NCBI RefSeq assembly: GCF_001194135.2
Contig: NC_068997.1
Location: forward strand, 54,106,159-54,170,158
From: Octopus bimaculoides
Lineage: Eukaryota
Reading direction: 5' to 3'
DNA: 64,000 nucleotides
In this document: positions 13,322-24,921 of the stretch, piece after piece
Position numbering within the stretch: position 1 is the stretch's first letter
Layout of the letters: each line of letters begins with the position of its first letter
Position numbers and translations under genes: made by a program
The notes under the pieces: generated by a model
Database searches by the model: none
Seen by the model: the letters and a program-made list of their open reading frames with translations, nothing else
What the model was told of the DNA's origin: nothing

Positions 13322-13532
13322 NNNNNNNNNNNNNNNNNNNNNNNNNNNNNNNNNNNNNNNNNNNNNNNNNNNNNNNNNNNNNNNNNNNNNNNNNNNNNNN
13401 NNNNNNNNNNNNNNNNNNNNNNNNNNNNNNNNNNNNATACACACACATATACTCTTTTACTTGTTTCAGTCATTTGACTGCGGCCATGCTGGAGCACCGC
13501 CTTACATATATATATATATATATATATATATA
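13170..13532 (-). repeat. Two identical SINE-B 3' ends flanking a 115-N gap
   Basis: atacacacacatatactcttttacttgtttcagtcatttgactgcggccatgctggagcaccgccttac(at)n occurs at 13170-13265 and again at 13437-13532. Confidence 0.9.
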
Positions 13533-14767
13533 CAAATATATATATATGCCTATTTATGTGCACATAGATGCATTCTCATAGATATATATGTAAAAGTACA
13601 TATATAAATATACACACACACATATAAAAGGAATGTGCGCACACATATCTATATATTTAGATATATATGTACATATATGTACATACACAGGTGGATAGAT
13701 AGATAGATAAATATATAGATATATAGAGAGAGATAGAGACATACACACATACATACATGCGTAGAAAGAAAGATTGATATGGAAAGAAAGGAAAGAAATA
13801 TAAGTATCAAGAAAGACTAGCATTTTAGACGCACGCACACACACACTCACAACCATGCACACACACACACAGCCATGCACACACACACACACACACGCTG
13901 AAATACACACACTTGCACAAGAACAGAGACATAGTTCGTCATATTAAGAATAATGGCGAACTACGACTCTGTTATGTAGACGTGTCTAGACTTAGTTTGC
14001 GATGGAATATAAGTGTGGCTTTCTGTCGAATTGCCGTAATCATCATGGGAATCGAAAATGTAATAGGAAATGGTAATAATTATCGAGATGTCATGGCAGG
14101 CACGGGATATGGTGTTGCTTCAATGATTGCGTTTAGCGTTTTTGATTATCGAATGTTGGACTTTGAACAACGGGTAAAGCCAGCCGTCGTTTCATTACTG
14201 TCAAACCTTTCCAACCTTCTCTTGTCTAGAAAATAAATTATTTCGGGAGGAAAATCGCCAATGATAGATGTCATATTGCTTCAAATTGGCATATATCGTC
14301 ATAATTTTGTCATATATATATATATATATATATANNNNNNNNNNNNNNNNNNNNNNNNNNNNNNNNNNNNNNNNNNNNNNNNNNNNNNNNNNNNNNNNNN
14401 NNNNNNNNNNNNNNNNNNNNNNNNNNNNNNNNNNNNNNNNNNNNNNNNNNNNNNNNNNNNNNNNNNNNNNNNNNNNNNNNNNNNNNNNNNNNNNNNNNNN
14501 NNNNNNNNNNNNNNNNNNNNNNNNNNNNNNNNNNNNNNNNNNNNNNNNNNNNNNNNNNNNNNNNNNNNNNNNNNNNNNNNNNNNNNNNNNNNNNNNNNNN
14601 NNNNNNNNNNNNNNNNNNNNNNNNNNNNNNNNNNNNNNNNNNNNNNNNNNNNNNNNNNNNNNNNNNNNNNNNNNNNNNNNNNNNNNNNNNNNNNNNNNNN
14701 NNNNNNNNNNNNNNNNNNNNNNNNNNNNNNNNNNNNNNNNNNNNNNNNNATATATATGCATATATAC

Positions 14768-14801
<34 letters not shown>

Positions 14802-14924
14802 ATGCATGTTTGTGTGTGAATATGTGTGTATGTGGCTGAACATATGTATATCTTTTTTATATCATTTCTACTTGTTTCAATTATTCTATGGTTGTCATTT
14901 GCTAATAGTTTTCGAGATCTATAA

Positions 14925-15060
14925 GGCCTCTACCATCTTCGGCACATTGTATATATAACCTTTCGGTGTCGATGAAGAAAGTACCAGTCAAGTACTGTGA
15001 TCAATGTAATCGACAATCCTTTCCCCCAAATTTTAGGCCTTGTGCCTATAGCAGAAAAGA
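14925..15060 (+). mobile_element. SINE-A 3' half
   Basis: cctttcggtgtcgatgaagaaagtaccagtcaagtactgtgatcaatgtaatcgac...ggccttgtgcctatagcagaaaaga. Confidence 0.8.
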
Positions 15061-15827
15061 TTATTATTATCATAATCATTATCATCATCATCTCCAGCAG
15101 CACAGCTCTGAATACCGCCATGATCATCTTTATACCCGACATTATCATCGTTATTTTCTTCATCACCTTTATTATTGTCACAATTTTTATTAACACTATT
15201 TACACTCTTATTAAAATATTTTTACACTTTCTCGTCCATCTTTTCCTCTGTTACAAGTAACAATAACTTTATATAATTTTCTTTAATAATTGCTAATTCT
15301 TTTTTCGTTTTTGTTTTATTTAAATATCTTAATATTCTATTTTTGAATTTAAAAAAATTATTTATTTTTAACAGTCATATTGAAATTTTATTTGCCATAC
15401 TCTCCTCGTTATTTTCAATGCTCATAATGAATCGAGGAATTATTTCTTTGCCATCTTTTATTAAATAAAATTTTCTCATTTATATCTTTCACATTTCGGT
15501 TAATAATATAATATTTCTCCACTCTCTTTCTTATATTTTGTTTACATTTTATTATTTTTCCCTTATTTCCTTCATTTTAGCGTGTCTCTGTTTCGTTCAT
15601 CTGTTAGCAAAACTTTTACCTTCTAGTCACATATACGTATATATATATATATATATATCACCTTCTTTTTATCATACTAAATGTATACACACAGTTAGAA
15701 AGCTGGATGTTGTGGAATAATTGAGCAATTGTCTCAGACAACTCTACAGCGACTTGTCTTCTTTCGGCACACAACTGCATGAACCAGTTGTTTCATTTGC
15801 GTACACCGAAACACAAACACACGCACG

Positions 15828-15878
<51 letters not shown>

Positions 15879-16268
15879 NNNNNNNNNNNNNNNNNNNNNN
15901 NNNNNNNNNNNNNNNNNNNNNNNNNNNNNNNNNNNNNNNNNNNNNNNNNNNNNNNNNNNNNNNNNNNNNNNNNNNNNNNNNNNNNNNNNNNNNNNNNNNN
16001 NNNNNNNNNNNNNNNNNNNNNNNNNNNNNNNNNNNNNNNNNNNNNNNNNNNNNNNNNNNNNNNNNNNNNNNNNNNNNNNNNNNNNNNNNNNNNNNNNNNN
16101 NNNNNNNNNNNNNNNNNNNNNNNNNNNNNNNNNNNNNNNNNNNNNNNNNNNNNNNNNNNNNNNNNNNNNNNNNNNNNNNNNNNNNNNNNNNNNNNNNNNN
16201 NNNNNNNNNNNNNNNNNNNNNNNNNNNNNNNNNNNNNNNNNNNNNNNNNNNNNNNNNNNNNNNNNNNN

Positions 16269-16309
<41 letters not shown>

Positions 16310-16315
16310 GATAGG

Positions 16316-16347
<32 letters not shown>

Positions 16348-16363
16348 CAGATATAGATAGGTC

Positions 16364-16716
16364 TACAAATTTTTCAGCATATGGCTTGTCTTCCAGGCTG
16401 TAGATTCCGGCTTGGAATTTCCGGAACCACCGTTGACACTGGCTTACACTTATTGTAAAATCTCCATATACTGCATTAATATTCCTCGCACATACCATTG
16501 CGTCGTTGCCTTTATAGAACTCATAATGCAAAATATGCTGAATATGCTCCTTTGTCACTTCCATTATTGCTTTGAAAATATAACTGTTAAGATCGATGTG
16601 CACTCTTCAAAACTTGCACTAAGAATAAGTACAAGGTAAAATTACTACGTGCTTTTATAGCAACCGACTTCTAGCTCATACAATTAAGAAAACAGTATTA
16701 TTTATGAGATAACCCA

Positions 16717-16720
<4 letters not shown>
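16364..16720 (-). mobile_element. Mariner (Tc1/mariner) DNA transposon, 5' remnant with TIR and N-terminal HTH of the transposase
   Basis: ATG at 16564 gives MEVTKEHIQHILHYEFYKGNDAMVCARNINAVYGDFTISVSQCQRWFRKFQAGIYSLEDKP. This matches the mariner paired-like HTH pattern (H.RH.L...F.KG..A....R.I..VYG......TC..WF..F..G...LED.PRSGRP). Upstream lies a TIR-like aattgggttatctcataaataata (reverse complement of 16696-16719) abutting a (TA)n run, consistent with TA targeting. The catalytic DDD region is absent. Confidence 0.88.
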
Positions 16721-16752
<32 letters not shown>

Positions 16753-19611
16753 AACCAGAAATCAGTCCAATATTATAGGAGACGTGGGTGCTGATTTCCT
16801 GTCATTCCAAAAAGATAAACATTTTGTCCGAAGGAATTGCTCATCCGCTTTTCTGGAATTGCGTATTCATCCTTGCAATTCGCCCTCCTTTGTGTGTATA
16901 TCTATCTATCTCTCCATCTGTCTGTCTGTCTGTCTCCCCCTCCCCCCCCATCTCTCTCTCTCTCTGTGTATTTATCTATCTACCTACACACCTATATATG
17001 TATATATATATATTTTTTTTGTACATACGTATGTACCTACGTACGTATGTATGTATGTATTATGTATGTATGCATGTATAAAATTTGTGTATGAGCCTGT
17101 GTGTCGTTGTCTGTGTAATTCTGTTTTATTGAATTCACGACCTAATAATGTTATCATTTATTCTATAAAATTTCCTTTCGTTTGTTGCCGACTACAAGAC
17201 TACAAGACCTGAAGTAATCTTAATTTATTATTTTGACTGAAGGGAAAAACGACAAACCTAATTCCCAACATTTTTATCCAAGATCGTGACCCGTTTTCAA
17301 TTATCGGCGAAAGTCGACTGTACTTAATTTTTTTCATAGAACTAATGGCCCCGGGGTGAGGCATAAACATCACGCACCCTCATCTCATTTCCACTACCAT
17401 CTCAAGTATTTCTCTTCTCGTGATTAGGCGATAAATCAATTATCATGACCGGTACATTACAGAAGCTAACTTCAAAAGAACGAGGACATCAAAAGAAATG
17501 TTGAGTGCATTCTTTCAGATATTACGCGATATCTCACAGCGGAACAATAATGTCTCTGACGAAGTGAAGATATTTATTATAACACTTCTAAGTTTCCTCC
17601 TTTCGCCATGTTATCTCTCATCAGTTTTGAAAGTTTTATTATCTCCAATTGCGTTAACGTAATCATCGTTGTTCGCTATCTACAACTTCATCTCACGTTG
17701 GTGTCTTTTCCTTATGAAGATAAATCTAACTTGTCGACACCAGAGTTTATACAAGTTCTTGTAGGAATGTTATTTTTATCAACGGTTGATCGTTGACAAA
17801 GAGATTACTGTCGACATACACATAGTTTATATACATCGTTAATCAAGCTACACGCTGATTAACTTGTCTTACCTTTTACTATTTTCTCGTCTGTGATTGC
17901 ATGAGAATATCATTTTCTCTTTCGTCTTATCTCAGTTCTTGCTCCTCACCACCAACTCATAGTCTTTATTCAACGATTCGATTCTCTGTTAAAAAATGTT
18001 CTTGTATTTTCACCTTAGTAACTTCCGAAGCTTTCATTAACCATTTCACAGCAATATTTCGACACTTGCCGCCATAGTGAGATTATTTTTGTTAACGACT
18101 GCTATTCGACTGCAACGACTGCAGCGCCACCTCTGTAACTCACAGCTTCTTAACATCAACACACGTAAACAAACACATTTTAAAGTTATCTACGACATGC
18201 ACAGTTCTGTACAGCAGCACTGATAGCATATCCCATGTATGTATGTATGTATGTATGTATGTATGTATTTCTGCAACTCACTGATTATGTATTTAGATCC
18301 TGTATTTCTTCATGTAATTGAAAAATATCCTGTAATTATTTTGCAAACTTCAGCAGTTTTTTTTTCAATTCATAAATGGCGTAATCTGAATGAACAGAAA
18401 CAGTAATCCGAAGGTGAAAGAATTCCACGAATTAGGTACTCCAAAATCAGTCACAAGGCCGGGGTCCGTGTTCAGCGTGCAGTATATAGTGTGTATCGTT
18501 GGCGATTGTCTTCCTCCGCCTTCCCTTCTTTTGGACTTTCCTCTATTTCTGAAGAAGAGATTTACTCGAAACGTAAAAAGTCCTCTTTCTTTCCTTTCCT
18601 GAGCGTCTGATAATACAGTACTTGTACCACGTCCACGCGGTGTTTTTTTTTGTTTGTTCTTCTTTGTTTGGATTCACTATATAGCTTATATTCGTTCTTT
18701 GACGCTACCATTCGAGAAAGTGAGACTACAGTTACTCTACTTTGACTCAGAGTACAACCCGTGCTCACTTAGGAGTTCAAATCAACTAACTCAACCAGTA
18801 TTACCCCCTTCAGTGTGTGAATTATTCTATTTCTCACTAGACAGTTTTAATTATACATTAAACATATTCTTTCGGTTATATTTTATATCATATTTTTGTC
18901 ATTATATTTCGTTCTATAAATGGTAGAACTGTAGCAATATCAGATCAAATAATTTGTATTATTTAATTATTAAGTTACATGAAATATATTTTATGGTTTA
19001 TTTTGTTATCATTATTAATATCTTTATAGCTGGCAGAATATTAAATATACGAAGAAAAGCAATTTTCAGTTCTTCATATGCAAATACATTCTAAATTATA
19101 TAAAATACATATTTGTATTGTATTTACAGTGTTATTCATATTATTGTGAATAACAAAATAAAAACTATGCTCGGCCAAATAATGCACTAAATAATCAAAC
19201 TTATTTAATAACATTGTGCGTAGCAGCAGCGGTCGTACTAGCGGCGTCGTGGATTTGAGAGTACAACTTCATTGAGATTGCAAAGCGAACTTCATCAACG
19301 TTTGGTCATATTCCATCCGAACTGTTTATCTTTCATCTCTTACTTGTTCCATCTTTTACTTCTTGCGTCGATGCAACAGCTACCGATCAGCAAAGAATTG
19401 AAAGGGAAATGCTTGGTATAATATTATGGCACTCCATTGGTTGCGACGACGAGTTTTCCATTTCATCCGATCTAGAGAACAGCCAGCTCGTGAAATTAAC
19501 AGTTGAGCACTCCACAAATATGCGTACACTTAACATAGTTCTAAGAAAGATTCAACGAGACACAGAATGTGACAAAGCTGACCCTTTGAAAAACAGGTAC
19601 ATATAATTTTC

Positions 19612-19730
19612 AACGCTTGGAGTAGAGTAACGTAAGATAAAGTGTCTTGCCCAAGGACACAACACGTTACTGTGTATCGAACTCATAATTGTGGGCCGAA
19701 TATCTGAACCACTGAGTCACGGGCCTTCAC
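19612..19730 (-). mobile_element. SINE-D head fragment
   Basis: aagtgtcttgcccaaggacacaac...tcgaactcata...aaccactgagtcacgggccttcac is the reverse complement of the tRNA head plus CORE-like segment. Confidence 0.8.
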
Positions 19731-20039
19731 AAATGCTTCATCTAAAATTTATCTGTAATTAAATATGTTAAAAATTAGAATTTTGAAAAATCGTATTGTT
19801 ACGTTGATTCCAGCAAAGACATTCAATTCAATGCAAATGTTAAAAGTTAATTGTGTTCAGTATGAGCATCCGTCTAAAAATAATGTAAACGTAAGCACAC
19901 TTTTCTTTTTATTACGCTTTCTACTACGGAAAACAGATATATCAATTCAAAATTTCATTACCTTTTACTACGGAAAGCAGTTTTACATACTGAGCTGTCT
20001 TTTGTTGAGGAATGTCATGTTTGAAACTATTTTCTGCAG

Positions 20040-20065
20040 AGAGATGTCAAGTTTATTGAGGCAAC
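20040..20065 (+). CDS. Candidate 26-nt microexon
   Basis: Acceptor attttctgcag and donor AAC|gtgagt. In frame with 19409-19596 (phase 2) it reads REMSSLLRQ. No independent support. Confidence 0.12.
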
Positions 20066-20497
20066 GTGAGTTGCAGAAAATACCAATTCTATATTTGGTA
20101 GATATTTAATGTCGTTACAGGAAGAACCATGAAATTTAATTTCGCAGTGAGAAAGTTAACTGAAATACATCATTTAAATTGCACATGTTGGAGAGTAACA
20201 TTTCCTCTATACAAGGATATGATTAGTTTCCATCAAAAGCGATACATCTGTATCATTGTTAAACCTAATTCTTTACTCCTCTTTGAAAAACCTTCAGCTG
20301 TTTCCTTTGTACCAAATCATTAAGTGCTACTTTCAGCTTAAGTGCATCATCAGATCCACATCCTTGATGACTGTTCATCTTTAGTCCGAAAAGATGGGTA
20401 TCAGAGATACCAGATGCAGGCACTTGAGTCGGTGGGAGGCCAATGATCAAACGAAGTTTCCGGAATGCCTAATTTGTTGCAAAATATGCGTCTGAGT

Positions 20498-20924
20498 AAG
20501 GCAGCGAGCTGGCACAATCGTTAGCACGCCGGGCGAAATGCTTAGCGGTATCTCGTCTGCCTCTACGCTCTGAGTTCAAATTCCGCCGAGGTCGACTTTG
20601 CCTTTCATCCTTTCGGGGTCGATTAAATAAGTACCAGTTACGAACTGAGGTCTATGTAATCGACTTAATCCCCTTGTCCGTCCTTGTTTGTCCCCTCTAT
20701 GTTTAGCCCCTTGTGGGCAATAAAGAAATAAGAAACGTTAGCATGCCGGACGAAATGCTTAGCGTCTGCCTTTACGTTCTGAGTTCAAATTCCACCGCGG
20801 TCGACTTTGCCTTTCATCCTTTCGGGGTCGATAAATTAAGTACCAGTTGCGTACTGGGGTCGATCTAATCGACTGGTCCCCACCCTCAAAGATCTCGGGC
20901 TTTGTGCCTAGAGTAGAAAAAAAA
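20498..20924 (+). mobile_element. Dimeric SINE-A (full left monomer plus head-truncated right monomer)
   Basis: The left unit 20498-20733 and right unit 20735-20924 share the block cgttagca.gccgg.cgaaatgcttagcg...gagttcaaattcc.ccg.ggtcgactttgcctttcatcctttcggggtcgat.aa.taagtaccagtt almost identically, but their 3' tails differ. Confidence 0.92.
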
Positions 20925-21342
20925 TATGTGTCTGGTCACGCAGATATTTCGTTCTCGTTCGGTCTTGTTGTGCTACTGGTTTCTCCACTATTTCCCTTCA
21001 ACAAAGACGATAGAAGCGTTATTCTATGAACATGTGCAGTCTAAACGAGCTACATCTGTTGATAATTATAATTACATCCACTTTTGCATTACTTTCGTGA
21101 TCACCCTTGTATATGGAATGCATAATTAAATAGTAGAAAATATTACGGTAGATAAAAACTATCGCAAAATGCTAAGACATTTACAGAAAATATTTGGTTA
21201 AAGTTGTTTTTTATTGTTCTTCACAATATTTCAGTAGCCATACTTCTAAAGAGAAAACTGGCATCTATCCTTCTTTAAATTTGTTGGAATCACATGTAAA
21301 ATTGAAATTCACTTTATTTGCGATATTTTCGTTTATTTCCAG

Positions 21343-21384
21343 AATGAAATTTTAAGGAAGAAATACAACACGAATCTGAAAGAG
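21343..21384 (+). CDS. Candidate 42-nt microexon (phase 0 to 0), NEILRKKYNTNLKE
   Basis: Polypyrimidine acceptor attttcgtttatttccag, consensus donor GAG|gtaagt, length divisible by 3, and only frame 0 open. No homology recognised. Confidence 0.35.
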
Positions 21385-22520
21385 GTAAGTTAATATAGAA
21401 TTAAAGAACTTTTGGTTCGGGTAAATATTGTACTAAATATCTGCTAACGTAGAATGAACATGAACTAATCTATAATTATCTGATATAATATTATTACTGT
21501 ATTTAGAAGGATTTAATACGCTAAACTTTAGATTCTTTACAAATTATATTATAACCGATTTTGATTTTATTCTGTTTTGGATTGTGAATATAATTCCCAC
21601 AGATTCCAGAAATATCTATATGACATAACATTGTTTCTAAAAGTATGAGGAACCCAGATTGAAAATATATATTGATTCGTTGAACAACAATACGCTTTCA
21701 GGTTTGATTCCACCGCTTGGCACCTATTTGGCACCTGCTTGGCACCTGATGCTATTCTACTCTGCTATACATATGGTTAGACCCCAAGCTCCACTACGCG
21801 TCACATTGTATCCCACAAGACGCACTGTTTGCAGTTAAATTGGATTGACAGGAATTGTATGGCACCATAGTCGATAGAAAACAATGTTATATCAGTTCGA
21901 AAGTGATTGATTTGGTGTTTTGGCTGAGTCTTACGGTATGAAAATAATTATGAGACATGGTTTCTTCCACCAGTTCCTGGCTGAGATTTTAACCAAAAAT
22001 GTGCAGTAATTCAACAACCTTGGCTAGTATTTTATATATTGATCCAGGAAGAATGAAACAAAGTTGGCTCGGCGGGATTTGAACTCAGAAAGCAAAGCAA
22101 GCGCCGGAGTATAGGCAACATTTGCTAAATATAAACGGAGAATATTTGTCTGTTGCAACATTCTCATGGAGAAAGACATTTTCTTAGTAGATGTCTTTCT
22201 TCCAATCTTGAACCAAAAGACGTTATGTGGATTTGCCAAGGGAAGGTGCTAGCCTCATCGTGGCCGAGCGATTGACTAAATATTGCAGCTTAAAATCGTA
22301 ATAAAAAAGAACTCAACTTCGTAGCTCGCTGGACAGTAACAGGGGACGGTATTCATATGAGGGATACTGCACACCACAACACAGGTCAGATGTTTTGGCA
22401 AATTTTCTCATTTACTTATTTGTTAATTTGTTATAATTCATTTGTGTGTGCGTGCGCATCACCAATTTTTCCTTTGTGATGTCATAGGCCGATGGCACCG
22501 TTCCGACATTATTTACATTA

Positions 22521-22826
22521 AGGTATACATGGCGCCATAATCAAGTCCTTGGCGTCATAAGTGCAGCACTCAAGGAGAAGATCGAGGGATACAACAGAGG
22601 AGAGTACCCCAAAGTGGAAAAGCGCAGGAAAATATACTTCCAGAAGGAGGGAAAAGGACATAAGATCAGGCCTCCAAATAAAATATATGAGATAGACGAA
22701 AGATGGAAGGGATACTGGGAGCTGGCCACGGATTTGGGAAGTCTAGCAATTTTTCCACTTATAAAAACAACAAAAAGACCAGACTTAACCATATGGGACA
22801 CAGAACAGAGAATAGGAATCTTGCTA
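22521..22826 (+). mobile_element. RLE-type non-LTR retrotransposon fragment (HERO/NeSL/R4-like), 5'-truncated, ORF open into an assembly gap
   Basis: 102 stop-free codons: RYTWRHNQVLGVISAALKEKIEG...WKGYWELATDLGSLAIFPLIKTTKRPDLTIWDTEQRIGILL. It carries the RH(N/D)xVL motif that follows the zinc knuckle and the RPD motif of the PD-(D/E)xK restriction-like endonuclease. The expected ELTVP-type motif would fall just inside gap 22827-23722. Confidence 0.88.
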
Positions 22827-23722
22827 NNNNNNNNNNNNNNNNNNNNNNNNNNNNNNNNNNNNNNNNNNNNNNNNNNNNNNNNNNNNNNNNNNNNNNNNNN
22901 NNNNNNNNNNNNNNNNNNNNNNNNNNNNNNNNNNNNNNNNNNNNNNNNNNNNNNNNNNNNNNNNNNNNNNNNNNNNNNNNNNNNNNNNNNNNNNNNNNNN
23001 NNNNNNNNNNNNNNNNNNNNNNNNNNNNNNNNNNNNNNNNNNNNNNNNNNNNNNNNNNNNNNNNNNNNNNNNNNNNNNNNNNNNNNNNNNNNNNNNNNNN
23101 NNNNNNNNNNNNNNNNNNNNNNNNNNNNNNNNNNNNNNNNNNNNNNNNNNNNNNNNNNNNNNNNNNNNNNNNNNNNNNNNNNNNNNNNNNNNNNNNNNNN
23201 NNNNNNNNNNNNNNNNNNNNNNNNNNNNNNNNNNNNNNNNNNNNNNNNNNNNNNNNNNNNNNNNNNNNNNNNNNNNNNNNNNNNNNNNNNNNNNNNNNNN
23301 NNNNNNNNNNNNNNNNNNNNNNNNNNNNNNNNNNNNNNNNNNNNNNNNNNNNNNNNNNNNNNNNNNNNNNNNNNNNNNNNNNNNNNNNNNNNNNNNNNNN
23401 NNNNNNNNNNNNNNNNNNNNNNNNNNNNNNNNNNNNNNNNNNNNNNNNNNNNNNNNNNNNNNNNNNNNNNNNNNNNNNNNNNNNNNNNNNNNNNNNNNNN
23501 NNNNNNNNNNNNNNNNNNNNNNNNNNNNNNNNNNNNNNNNNNNNNNNNNNNNNNNNNNNNNNNNNNNNNNNNNNNNNNNNNNNNNNNNNNNNNNNNNNNN
23601 NNNNNNNNNNNNNNNNNNNNNNNNNNNNNNNNNNNNNNNNNNNNNNNNNNNNNNNNNNNNNNNNNNNNNNNNNNNNNNNNNNNNNNNNNNNNNNNNNNNN
23701 NNNNNNNNNNNNNNNNNNNNNN

Positions 23723-23754
<32 letters not shown>

Positions 23755-24214
23755 GTATGTATATATCTTCACTATACATTATACGCACACGCACACACAC
23801 GCACATATAGATGTTAATGTAAAATGGCTCTTCGGAATAGCTGACAAGATCCGGGATGGTGTTGACCTTCCTTAACGATAACAAATTAGATGGAATCATT
23901 ACCCGGAGCGTTTTGACGACGCCATTCGTAACGAGCCATGTTTATTTAACACAGGAAACTCTTTGAGACACGTGTGGTAAACCAACATAAGTCTCGTCTG
24001 TCAGAGACGAAATTTTACAGCAATTGCCGCTTTGCGTTTGTATTATTGATTGTAAATGTTATTCACCTCATTATTGTTAACATTGAATATAAAACAACAA
24101 TAGTCAACGTCTGTTTTGTATCCTTTATCTGTTCACATATTGCCCAGCTATTGTTAATAAAGGCAATCACTTTGAAAACGGTCTGAAAAAAAAGTTGCAT
24201 TTAATACCATCCTT

Positions 24215-24385
24215 GTACATAGAAATAACGAGATGGGGAAAGAGTGAATAGGGAGAATAAACGGGAATAAGTAGGGCTGAATAAAAGTGAAATAGACTTC
24301 CTTGGTATTTGAACTCAGAGCGCAGACATTCGGAAGCAACATCGCAACGCAGTCCATTCACTGCTCCGTCGATTCTGTAAATCGA
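24215..24385 (-). mobile_element. SINE-A copy, highly diverged
   Basis: gaataaaagtgaaatagacttccttggtatttgaactcagagcgcagac...gattctg resembles the reverse complement of the SINE-A B-box and head. Confidence 0.55.
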
Positions 24386-24889
24386 CTAATTTTTATTTAT
24401 ACATATACACCCACGCGCACAAACACACATACAGACAGATAGATAGATAGATAGATAGAGAAATAGATAGATTGATTGATAGAGATAAAGAGAGACAGTG
24501 AGAGAGAAACAGTGAGAGAGAGAGAGAAAGAGATGCGTACATACATACGTAATACATACATTTACATATAAGTATAATATATATATATATGCACACACAC
24601 AAATATGTATAAGACACCGTGTTTTCTAATTACATGTATGCATATATACATCTGCTTAGAAACGTATATATGTAATATCCATATATATGTATACATATAA
24701 ATACATAGAGATAAATAGATATACGTCTACATTCATTTTTCTTTGTATAGGTGTGTACACGCATACACATACACACACTTAGGTATATATGTGTACATGA
24801 GGGGTATGATACCGACATTTCTAATCGCATACATCTATATATACATGCTGAAGATATGAATGTACATACATGCATAAGTATGTATATAC

Positions 24890-24921
<32 letters not shown>

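Noticed and set aside
17873-17985. Minus-strand segment with a strong acceptor (ttttttaacag) and donor (AAG|gtaaga)
   Set aside because: All three frames contain stops, so it is not a CDS. It shows that good splice pairs occur here without coding potential, which lowers confidence in the other exon candidates.
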